DNA of 61,718 nucleotides, filler included, from Platydemus manokwari (Eukaryota): NCBI GenBank assembly GCA_037951405.1. It is 4 parts of 4 records of this genome, joined end to end, with 100 filler letters (N's around TTAATTAATTAA, not from the genome) between each part and the next. Parts side by side here need not be neighbours in the genome. Positions count along the whole stretch, not along the records: positions 20,164 to 34,766 come from JBBMOY011431421.1; positions 34,867 to 52,794 come from JBBMOY010644430.1; 2 more parts are not named here. One strand, 5' to 3'. Shown piece by piece: positions 28,201 to 38,922 of this stretch (position 1 is its first letter; each line of letters starts with the position of its first letter). The notes under the pieces were generated by a model. It saw only the letters and a program-made list of their open reading frames with translations, ran no database searches and was not told where the DNA came from. The position numbers and the translations under genes were made by a program.

Positions 28201-29239
28201 GCATAATATTGCACTCATTTGTTCTCACCATCACTGCCAAAGTTAAGATCGGCATTGTAGAGTACTTTCATATCCAGTAAGAAAGTCACTTTCATCTTTT
28301 TCCCTGATTATCAAGTCTTAGCGAAGTTTTAAGTACACATAGATAGGACTGAACTGCTCTTCGCTGTGTATAGATCAGATGGACAGTGATCTAGAACATG
28401 CACATCTGGTTCCATGTCTGTAATGTAACGGAGGGAATTAAGATCTAGTTCCATTACTATATGCACAGCTTGATATTTTAATTGTAAATTAAGACTACGA
28501 GCAGATACCACAAATTTACAGACATTGATGGAAACAGCATATTTGATCGGGAAGACTGAGAAAAATAGGAAAAGAGACAAACATGAGCTTACTCAGCCAG
28601 TCCAACGCCTGATGGTAATTGCACACATGTAGCAGTTCCTTAGTTATGAACTGACGGATTACCTTATTTGGACAATTGAGAAAGCGTAAAGTGACTAAAA
28701 TATTCTGTACGTAGTAGTTGTGAAGAGCAGAAACTATTGCAAAATTCCCTACTTTTCCAAAGTATAGATAAAAGCATTGTTGAAATACTGGAGCCTATAT
28801 ATCGAAGATTTTCTTAATAATATCCATAATTGGTAATTGGCCTGCTAACTTTCATGCGGAGATGATAATCACATGAAAAGACAGTCGGGAGTGAATAAAA
28901 GTACGAAAAGCATGAATATTACTACAAGTATATCGTTGTAGTGTTAATATTATAATATCTTGAGATAAAAAGTATTACATTTTTAAATATCAATAATAAT
29001 TATAATTATAATTATAATTATAATAATTATTAATCTCATTATTGCCTAACAATCCATTTTTTTCTTAATCATATTCTTATTTTAAGAGCATATCATTGTT
29101 TATAACTATGTCAATACTGGTATAAGTTCAGTTCTTCAATTTACAAACAAGTAATCCCTAAAATGTATTAAAATTAATATAAATCATCTTGTGTTCAGTG
29201 TAAAATAAACTGTTATAACCAATTATAACCATTGTAAAG

Positions 29240-29378
29240 ATTATAAAAACTTGGAATAATTCGCTCTGTGGTGTCAGGAATTAAAAGATTAATATTATTG
29301 CATGGCTATTTTAGTCATAAAAATATTGATCTTTTCATTCTTGACACCACAGAGCAAATTATTCCAAGTTTTTACAAT
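29240..29378. repeat. near-perfect palindrome/hairpin (MITE- or pre-miRNA-like)
   Basis: Arms of ~65 bp (AAAAACTTGGAATAATT.GCTCTGTGGTGTCA... / TGACACCACAGAGC.AATTATTCCAAGTTTTT) around a tiny T loop at ~29309-29312. Confidence 0.88.
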
Positions 29379-29456
29379 TATTGATTTATACCATCATTTT
29401 ATTTCATAAATATAAAACGAAAGAAAAAAAATTATCATTTTTTGTGACTATTATAA

Positions 29457-29722
29457 TTATTTTTGTCGACAATTACGGCAACATAGCAAATAGTTTTGTT
29501 TGCATCTTTTAATACATGGGTCGTTTGTTTTACAATTATCGGCACAAGTTGATCTAGTATTACAAAAAGCAAGAATGCAACGGACTCTACTGAAAATTTC
29601 AAATTCAACATACGCTTGAATGTCATTTACTAGCAACACTATTAAAATTCTTCTGTCAGCCCACAATTACCAATTGACCCGATTATTCATATAATTGTAA
29701 ATACAATGACAATGAAGTACAT
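29457..29722 (-). pseudogene. small secreted cysteine-rich peptide gene A (two exons, disabled)
   Basis: Exon 1 (29722-29671) encodes the signal-like MYFIVIVFTII*IIGSI with an internal TGA. An 81-nt GTAATT..TTTCAG intron follows. Exon 2 from 29589 reads VES, then after a frameshift RCILAFCNTRSTCADNCKTNDPCIKRCKQNYLLCCRNCRQK*. AATAAA at 29403-29398. Confidence 0.7.
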
Positions 29723-30799
29723 CTAGATTTAGGTGTATAGTTTTTCCAAATATATTTTATACAGATACCGTTATATACTTTTTTAAAAAATACTATCCTT
29801 TCCCATAAAGACTAGAAATAATTTTCATCTTAACATCAAGAGAACATAATCTATATGGACATCACTTCATCAACTTCATTTATTTATCAGGTATATGTTA
29901 CGTAAATCCAAACACAAGAAATCAAATCCATGAAATTGGAGTTTGTCTAATTAAGTATGTTTGGAAACTTTAATTGTTATATGAATGCAATCAATTGAGT
30001 AATCAAATATAGTAGAACTTTTGTAATATGCGTTTTTCCTTTCTTTGTGTCTCAATATCATCATTCGTGACTACACATCTCCTTCACTCAGCGAATAGTA
30101 GTATACCATCTATCTATTTTCCGAAATATTATCCATTCATTTTGTCAGTAAATTTTCTAAAGACACAACAACATTAAATAAATCAGTTCACATTTATAAT
30201 TTGAAGAAATATGTAAATCACAATGTTGGCACAATGATAAAATATTTTGTTTTCATGTTGGTTCAAGACTCGATTCGAAAATAACATTTCATTGTATAAA
30301 AATGCTCTGTTTTATTATGAATATAATATTAAGGCGATTGGTAGCTTAGATTAAGCTTTTCTAAAATTCAAAATTATCTAAAATGATTTTCGTTGTTTTC
30401 AATTATTTCAAAAGTGGTTTGAGTTCAGTTAGAGCCATCAAAAACATTATATACACTCTTAAATATATTTTTTATTTTAATAAATGAACATGATCCAATT
30501 CCAAACACATACTCAATTATTGTTGTACTAGCTAATGCATTTTGATAAGGCTAGTATACGATTTCATTTTCTCAAAAATCAGCATCTTTTGATGGGAAAT
30601 AAATAAAAATATTTGATTTGATTTATAAAATAGTTTTAAGTTTATAGATTCTAGATCAAATTGAAAACCCTATGAAACTTCAAAGGAGAATACTCAGATA
30701 AATTTCATGAATGATAATTTGTTTGCAGTGAAATATTTAGTAATCCCAATAATCTTTGTACAAATGATTTACGGCAGATTGATTTGAACAAGTAAATCT

Positions 30800-31211
30800 T
30801 TTGGAATTATTGGCACTTATCTTGGAGCTACACAACATTAATTGAATATTTATATGGACAACGCCTCAATTGTCGCATTTATAATTCAAGAGAGATTTAA
30901 ATAAATGTTATTCCTTTTAAGAATATTCTATTTCAGTAATTTTCTCTTCTAAAAACATTTAAATGTTCTATAATTTCGTATTTTTTAAATCGACACTTTG
31001 ATTTATCCTGAGAAACTCACAAGTTTCATTTATTGATTTATCGGATTATTTTTTTTATATCAAATGATATTTATCAAATTCACTCCTAACTCGGACTCTG
31101 TTACACTACACTGATTCCTGCTTAAACAACACATAATTCTTGTAAGCATTTGGTTATTGAATTACAGTTTTGTATAATGTGACCTATCGCATTCAAAACA
31201 ATTTCGGGTTA
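30800..31211 (-). pseudogene. possible Ly6/uPAR (three-finger)-like pseudogene
   Basis: After an AG at 31213-31212 it reads TRNCFECDRS, then in a shifted frame QNCNSITKCLQELCVV. Downstream, TGTTGT..GATAAGTGC..AAT (30837-30808) looks like a frameshifted CCxxDKCN. Heavily decayed. Confidence 0.3.
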
Positions 31212-32180
31212 CTACATTAGATGACTTTAATTAAATTTCTGATGTATTTAAATGGAATTTTAGTTGACTAAGGATTGTCAAATATTCTCCAATTTTTATT
31301 ATGACCGATTAGTTTGCATTTAAAGAAAGTGGAATTGTCAAATTAAATTAACATGCTGCACCCAGAGCTTCATGAATAAGAGTTTGAAAGCTTTTTAGGA
31401 ATTGAAATTGGACGACATGTTTTCTTTGTGGCGTACAACTTTAAGAAAATTATATAAAAAGATTTTTATGATAATGTGAGGAATATTATGAAGCAGAAAT
31501 AGATTCCATGTTGTGATATACATCATTTTTGTATTGTTAATTAAGGTCTTATTTAGTGTGGAGCAATTTTTATAATTAACAATTAGTTGACGTTAAAAGA
31601 ATGTAGATTTGTGTAATTCGGTATTTACATATTTATATCATATTGGAATACATTACTCATAATTTAGCGAAAAAGCCAACAGAACTTTCAATTTCTTGAT
31701 TGCCTAACAAAAACGGAAACAAAAGAATAAAACAAGATGAAATCACTTTAAAAATTTGTAATTTTAGGTAATGATAAAGATAGCGAATGATTAATAACGA
31801 AAGTTTCCTGATTACATAAAATATTAAATACAATTAAAAGGTTCTATTTTTGTAGTTCGTCTATTATTTATCATTTCCGGTGATTCATTTATAAATTAAA
31901 TAATTAAAATTAAAAATATAAAAATCAATGAATAAATATTTTAAAATTTTATTCCTAGTTTTGTTTTAATCAGTGACTATCTAAAAATAAGTATAAATAA
32001 TCAATGAATGGCAGTAAATGACAATTGTTGAAGAAATTTAAATCATCATGAATGTAAGCATATACTTTATGATTTTTTATTTTTTCTCATAATTATGGGA
32101 ACATATTTTCATTATAATATTTTATAATAATATATTTAATATCAATATGTTTGATATGATTTTGATTTCAAATCAATGTT

Positions 32181-32375
32181 ATGTTTCCTTTGATAATTTT
32201 TTTTGGATTCGGATGTCTAGGTAATTTTGATGTAGAATATGATAAATCGACATGAATTGCTAATTGTGATTCTAGCAGAGTTGCTTGTCTTAAGAAATGT
32301 AAATCAAACGCCCCATGCATTGCGAATTGCAACGTTACTTATATGTAGTGTCAAAAGAAATGTTGATACAAATAA
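32181..32375 (+). pseudogene. small secreted cysteine-rich peptide gene B (paralogue of A, disabled)
   Basis: Single frame: MFPLIIFFGFGCLGNFDVEYDKST*IANCDSSRVACLKKCKSNAPCIANCNVTYM*CQKKC*YK*. Premature stops at 32253, 32346 and 32364. AATAAA at 32399-32404. Confidence 0.72.
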
Positions 32376-32431
32376 TTTAACTTTTAATTTTGATAATCAA
32401 TAAAATTTATAAAATTCTTAACTTATTTTAA

Positions 32432-32502
32432 AAAGTTGACGGACACTTGCGTCTATAACCGTCAATTTCGAACTCCATTTGTTCTTACTGTCCGTCAATG
32501 TG
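32432..32502. mobile_element. tiny piggyBac-like MITE
   Basis: TTAA on both flanks, with inverted TTGACGGACA / TGTCCGTCAA four bases inside each end. Confidence 0.4.
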
Positions 32503-32569
32503 TTAAAATAATTATCAAAATCAATAAATAAACACTGACTGGGATATTTCATTACGCGTAACATATTGT

Positions 32570-32900
32570 CAGCCATCTATTATTTTACGCAACATTTCAA
32601 ACATTATCTTTACGGAAAGAGATTCATTCTGAGAACTGACCACAAGGCCATAACGTTCATGATACAGAAGCCTACTATTGCGCAATTCCAGAATTGGATA
32701 GATTTTTAAGTGGTATAGGTATAAAGTTAGAATATAGAAAGTGTGAACTTCATAGTGATACCCTGGAAGTCTTGTAATTATTGCAGTCAGTGCCAGACGG
32801 TTCATGAAGATGCGATAAAAGGGGGGACAAAACCAATTTATTGGTTATCCAAGAAAGTACAGAAAATGATCAAATTGAAAGGAAAAGAAATAAACCATAA
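32570..32900 (+). mobile_element. Ty3/Gypsy RNase H fragment (different subfamily)
   Basis: AIYYFTQHFKHYLYGKRFILRTDHKAITF...QFQNW...LEYRK, followed by CNYCSQCQTVH, which parallels LCSQCKTRH in copy 1. Confidence 0.85.
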
Positions 32901-33307
32901 TAGAAAAATAAGAAAAATGTTAAAGAAGGAAAACGAAGACTAGAAAAACAAAAGAAAATGTTATAAACCAAGATTCTAATGAAATATTTAATAATGTGTA
33001 TGTCAATTTCTGCCCACCATTAAAAAAAATCAAGATCTGAAAAGATTTTGACAATAATTGTTCATTTCAGCAACTACATTTCATTGACAGCCTACCAAGA
33101 TTAGAAAATAACAGCACAGAAGCTACGAAATAAATGGATTTTAAAATTTGGCGCTCCAAAAGTGTAGTCAGCAACTTAGTTTTCTGGATCATTAATTAAT
33201 GCATGTGATTAGCTAGTTTTCTGCCGTTATTAAGCTGCTTTATAATGTTACGTAACACATTGATATTTCAGCTAACAAATTTGCGTTCAATTTTCCAATT
33301 CCCGAAA

Positions 33308-33920
33308 ATAGCTGAAAGACGAAATTCCTATACTGCAAGATACAAGCTAAAAGTGGTTGAATTTGCCAAGATCAATGAGAATAGAGCTGTAGAACGTGAT
33401 TTTAAGCTTCCATCTACTACCAAGATGATCAGAACATAGCAAAAACAAGAAGATCATTTGAAGAAGATGCCTAAAGAGAATCGATATTTACCAAAACATG
33501 GAGTAAAGTAGCCAAAGCTTGAAGAGGAATTGAAAATATGGATTCTTGAACACAGTCAGAGAGACATTGAAGTCTCAACCAAGATGATCATTCAGGAGGC
33601 TAAAAAATCGCACAAGTTCAAGTTATCACTGCCTTTTAGGGAGATCCAGTTTGGTGCTACAGATTTAGAAAACGTCAGAGTTTGGCAATAAGAACAAGAA
33701 CAAAGTTAGCCTAATGAATGAATGAATTCTATGAAAACAGTCCTATCTTTCCACAAATTTGTCATCAATACCCGCAACAGTTTATCTATAAGCAATATGG
33801 ATGAAACGCCTCTGAATTTGGATTGTCCTGATAATCACACAATTGATAATAAGACAATTGCTATTCGTAACACAGGTCATGAAAAAAGTGATTTTACCTG
33901 TGTTTTGACCTCGCTTTGAG
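33308..33920 (+). mobile_element. pogo/Tigger-family transposase relic (POGK-like BrkDBD + CENP-B HTH + start of DDE)
   Basis: RRNSYTARYKLKVVEFA; PKLEEELKIWILE..VSTKMIIQEAK; NMDETPL...TGHEKSDFTCVL. Contains stops and frameshifts. Confidence 0.88.
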
Positions 33921-34491
33921 GTTGATGGTATTTTTGAACAAAGTAATTCCTCACATAATGAGGAAATTGAAGAATTAGTTACAAATGCGATTAATCAACA
34001 CATGGAAAGAGAAGATATGTTTAAGAGTGAGTAAAAACTTTATGGTTTCTATGACGAATAAAGTAATATTGGTTTTCTAATATTTTTGATCTAAAATTGA
34101 GAGAGGCTGTGTTTTAAAAGTTATTTATTTTCTCGAGCAAAAAATTGTTAAAATTTTTAGAAGTTATCAAAAGACTTTCAAGGATTTAAAAATTATAATA
34201 AAATGTAATACAATTTAATTGATTGTGACAAGAATTAAAGTATTTTGATCAATATTTGATTTGCAATTTATTAGGAACATTGATTTATTAACAAATCTTA
34301 ATTAATAACAATCAAATATTATCTACTTACAAGTGGTGAAAATGAATGTAAATTCAGTGAAAATCTTCTCTTACTACAAATGGTAAATATTGATTCACAA
34401 TACACTGATCAATATAAAATAAGTATTTATATATAATTATATCGAAAATATATAATTAATCATTTGAGTGAAAGATTCTCAACAATTATTC

Positions 34492-34766
34492 ATGAATTCT
34501 TTGACAGTTTTAGTGATAGGATTTGGTTTATTATTTCAATTCAATGATGGCCGAGGTAAAATTTGATTTAATGAAAATAAAAATGCAGAATTGAGTTCAT
34601 TTATTGATTTGGAAATGACAGTCTCGATTTTACAATTTATTTCATGTTTTGATAAATAATATTTCAGCGATCATCTAATCATTTATATCTTTGCAGCACC
34701 AGAATGCGATTATCTAAGTGAATCTGGTAATTGTCGAGGATATTTTCCAAAATATTATTTCAATTC
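34492..34766 (+). CDS. secreted Kunitz/BPTI-type protease inhibitor (3' partial, cut by gap)
   Basis: Exon 1 (34492-34555) encodes the signal peptide MNSLTVLVIGFGLLFQFNDGR. Phase-1 intron 34556-34696 (GTAAAA..TTGCAG). Exon 2 reads APECDYLSESGNCRGYFPKYYFNS, the Kunitz C-x8-C(R)..YYFN pattern. TATA-like elements at 34429-34455. Confidence 0.88.
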
Positions 34767-34866
34767 NNNNNNNNNNNNNNNNNNNNNNNNNNNNNNNNNN
34801 NNNNNNNNNNTTAATTAATTAANNNNNNNNNNNNNNNNNNNNNNNNNNNNNNNNNNNNNNNNNNNN
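34767..34866. other. assembly gap with TTAATTAATTAA linker
   Basis: 44 N + linker + 44 N. Confidence 0.99.
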
Positions 34867-35892
34867 GAGGTGAAAGAACAACAATATAAGGTAAATTACG
34901 CCTGTGGCCTTAATCAAGAACTCATAGAGACTGATTAAGACGGAAGTGATATCAAATACAATTAAGCTTATTAAAAAAAAATAATTCAAAAGGCCCGAAC
35001 GTAACAAAAATATCTCCTTTTTAGAAATATATTCTACAAAACGTCTTAATGAGCGAATTAAATATTTTTAATGATTTTAGGGATATTGCTACCGTTAACA
35101 CTGGACATTGAATTACACTACATATTGAATTTATTGTTTTACACTAAGTTGTTTGTCTAAATTGAATGTTTCACAATCTCAATTATCGCAAATCAAACAT
35201 CGTTACTCCATCAACTTTTGGTTCAGGTTCTTTCAATTGCTCCATTTAGAAAATCTTTCTTTATAATCTCTATGCAGTCATGCACGTTGGATATTCTGAA
35301 AAAATTCTCACAATCTACTATAGGTTACCGAAGTCTGACATTATTTACACAAATATATTACTCTAGCACTTATAAGTGAATTTGATATTCGTATTTTGAA
35401 TATTTACCTAAATGTTTACCTTTGAATGCTTACTTAAACCACAATTACAATTAGCGTGGCATATATTGTTATGGTCTTTATTAAATCTCAGACTAAATTT
35501 TCGTTTGCCAAGTTGGATTTTAGCCAAAGAGCCTGGAGAAAACTATAAACAGAATTTCAGAATCAATTACTTCACTTATTTGTCGCAATTTAATTAGAAA
35601 GTGTTACAAAATTAGTTTTATGTACCAATAATAACTCTTCTATCTACTGTATCTCAATAAATAAAGTTGAATGGATTTGAATAAATATATTTATATTATA
35701 GTAAATAACCTTTATATCAATTGCATCTGTTAGCCGCTACTATTTTAAAAATCACACATTAAAAACGAGATAAAAAGTCAAAACACCGCAAATCTATTTT
35801 AATACAAATATTTAAACAAATAAATCCAATTTTATATAAATATAATTTTATACAAATATGAGTTCATTTTAAATCCGAATTAAATTAGAATT

Positions 35893-35978
35893 GAAATTTT
35901 AATTAAATAAAATTTTAATTATATAAAATTTTAATTCATATAAAATCAATTTCATATAAAATTCAATTCATTTGAAAT
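35893..35978. repeat. degenerate ~15-16-bp AT tandem repeat
   Basis: Repeated ATAAAATTTTAATT / ATAAAATTCAATT units. Confidence 0.6.
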
Positions 35979-38922
35979 ATCTCACAGCATCAATCTATTA
36001 ATTTTATCAATTTTATTATTTATATCATTGCTCAAAGTACAAAAACAGAAAATTATTTATTAAAATTATTATTACCAACTATTAATTTATTTTTACTAAT
36101 TATGCATTGATTACTATATCGAAATTAAAATCTCTAACCCATGTGTTAAAGAAGATCGAGAATTTCTTACCGATGAAATTATAATCTTGATGAGAAAAAA
36201 GATTGAATCACTAATTTGATCATCAAATACACGATTTAAACTTTTAACAAATAATTACATTTAATAGATAGTTAATTTTATGTTTTATTCAATAAATCAT
36301 TTTTTTATGAACTAGTAGTGCGAAAATTTTCTATCGAATTTTTACGAGTAATATTCAAATCGAGTTCCCATCATCTTAGATGAGAAATAAGTTATTCATG
36401 GAATGCCTCGGCTAAATATTGAATCAATAAACCAAATTCATCGGCTGAAAAATGGAATAAATGTGCATTAAAGATTGAGGGACAATAAAATAAGTTTAAT
36501 GAGTTGAGTTAAATTTGTCGGGCAAGAATAAAGCAGAATTATCATCAATAGCCTATTTCGTTTCGAAGTTGAAAATAGCGGCATTTGTCTGTTTATCTAT
36601 TAGTCCTGAAACCTCGCTGCATTATATTTTTAAGTAACTAAATTTTAGGGTATTGATAGATATACAGAAAAAATATGTCAAAAAATATCAGAACTTTGTT
36701 AATGAAATGAATAATTGTCACTAATCGATGTTGATATGGCTTTCAAGATCATTTTTGAAAAAAATATTATAATGTTATTTTCGAAAAATATTTAAAAAAT
36801 TATGATATTGACGGAATGTTAATAAAGCTATTTGGAAAATTAAATTGGTAATATTTTCATGATGTCGATTCTTTAATTATATTTTAGAAATGTTCGTTAT
36901 ACTTATAATCATAAATTGACGTATTGGTTTCATGTTTAGTATGCCAATCTAACACCAGACTCTTTTATAATCAAGACAAATCCCTCTAACGTGGTTTTCT
37001 TTTAAAGATTTTCTGAACTTACAATGATGTGTTTTTCAGTATACTTTATGAAAATGGCATATAATACAACAAATGTTCATAATAAAATAATCTGTTGAAA
37101 GTATATCTGGTATATTTTTATCAGATAATTTTTATCTGATTTATGAGAATTCAAGAAATCATTAGGATATTATAACTTTATTAGACTGGATACAAAATTA
37201 GTGGGGGTTTTTACCTCGCACTCTAGCAAAGCAAATTTTTTATATTTACAGTTACTTTGGATTGTATAATAGGATTAGAGTTATCAATTGTGCGAAGACC
37301 AGGAATTAGATAACTTCTGAAATCACTAATTTTAATCATTGATTGCTGTTTTCAAATTGCTTTGTTACGTTTTCTATTGCTTGTCATTCAAATGCAAATA
37401 TTACGCGTTTCGGGCTTGTTAATTGAATTTTTGTTTTAATCTGTCTCGATAAAATATTATTATGATTTTGCTCACGGATCACTGTTGTCTTGATCAGTCT
37501 CTGGTGAGTTCTAATCAAGCCCAAGGTACACCTTAAACCTTATATTTATTTCTCTTTTCACCTCGCAATCAAATCTATATGAAGATAGAAATGATTGGCA
37601 ACAATGATCCAAAAGGGGAATTTTAATCCTATCAGTATCAATTATTTTATAACTATTTATGCCTCTATTATCGATCAACAACGTAACTCTTCTTTACAAC
37701 TAACGTTTATTAATATATAAAATCAAAATTACAATTTGCAATACTAATATACATCAAAATAAAAAGTTGGATCAACGGCTAAACCTACAATTCCAGATGA
37801 TAGCGGTTAATACGTCCTTCTCTTGTAGTAAAACCGAATAACAAAGATGTTTTTGAGCACAGCTCTATAATAATATGATAGACGATACGTACTATAAGTC
37901 CAAATCAGTCTGTTACAAAACAATCTAACTCACTACTTGAGATGGCAATATGGTATTGGTATGTTCTGTTGTCGAGCAAATCTTCTACAAAATTCGAGGG
38001 ATTCGGAGTAATAGCGAAGTTTCCGCACTATGTAATCTAGTGGTTTCGATGAAATAATGGGCGAGTTCTGGTGTTTTGAACTCCTATTTATACGGTTTTT
38101 ATTCGTCACACTTAAATGCTTAAAATCATTACATGATATTTTAATTCCCCGAGGATTTCCCAAATATTAATTATTATTTTCTTTTAACTATGGAATTTTA
38201 TTGCCAAGGATATTATTAATAATATTTAAACTCTTTCCCTTGAATATTATTCCCGCTAAAATATTATTTTATTTTATTATAATTTATCTTTTTTGATGCC
38301 ATTCCAAGTAAACTTCATATAAATTATCTATATATATTTTAAAATAATTAATATTTTTCATTAGATATTAACCCTTCATCTGGAATTCATGAGCAAAATT
38401 GATACAATTGACAACACGACAAATGTATCGAAAAATGATTGATACATCGCCTCAATATTCGGTCGATGTTACTTAAAATACATTGATACATTTCAATGTA
38501 TCAAACCTAACTTTTAGCCGTGGCCATAAAAATTGTTACATGATTTTTGTTACATATCCTAATTAACGCTATTATTATAAACTTTTACAACATTCATAAA
38601 ACTTGGTTTAAATTACTTTTATTCATTAATATGAATTACTAAAATTATACATTTATAAACAGCTTAATTAATTCTATACGTTTATATGAATTACTAGAGA
38701 TAAGACACAAAAATAAATTTAATAAGAAAAGTATCACTCACACAAAATTGTTAAAGTTTCGATATTATTTTTCTACTTGGCCCAATCTCCAACAAATATA
38801 CTCACAAAACAATAAAAATAACTGTATTGATAAATATTAATTTATTTAGTCAAACTGTGGTGTCAATCTAAGGCTCATTTAATTATAAAAATTGGCAAAC
38901 CAATCTTACCCACAGTCTAAAT

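Noticed and set aside
29435-29666. ORF-track N-termini (MTFKRML.., MWADRR..) for the Cys-rich peptide
   Set aside because: They are translations of the 81-nt intron. The signal exon lies at 29722-29671.
32253-32255. TGA at a conserved Cys position in peptide gene B (selenocysteine or recoding?)
   Set aside because: The same gene also has an in-frame TAG and a TGA where the paralogue has CGA. No SECIS-like element was recognised. Pseudogene decay is the simpler explanation.
35100-35295. Minus-strand CIEIIKK..IERT*TKS* with TGA at possible Cys positions
   Set aside because: Too few matching residues to distinguish from chance.
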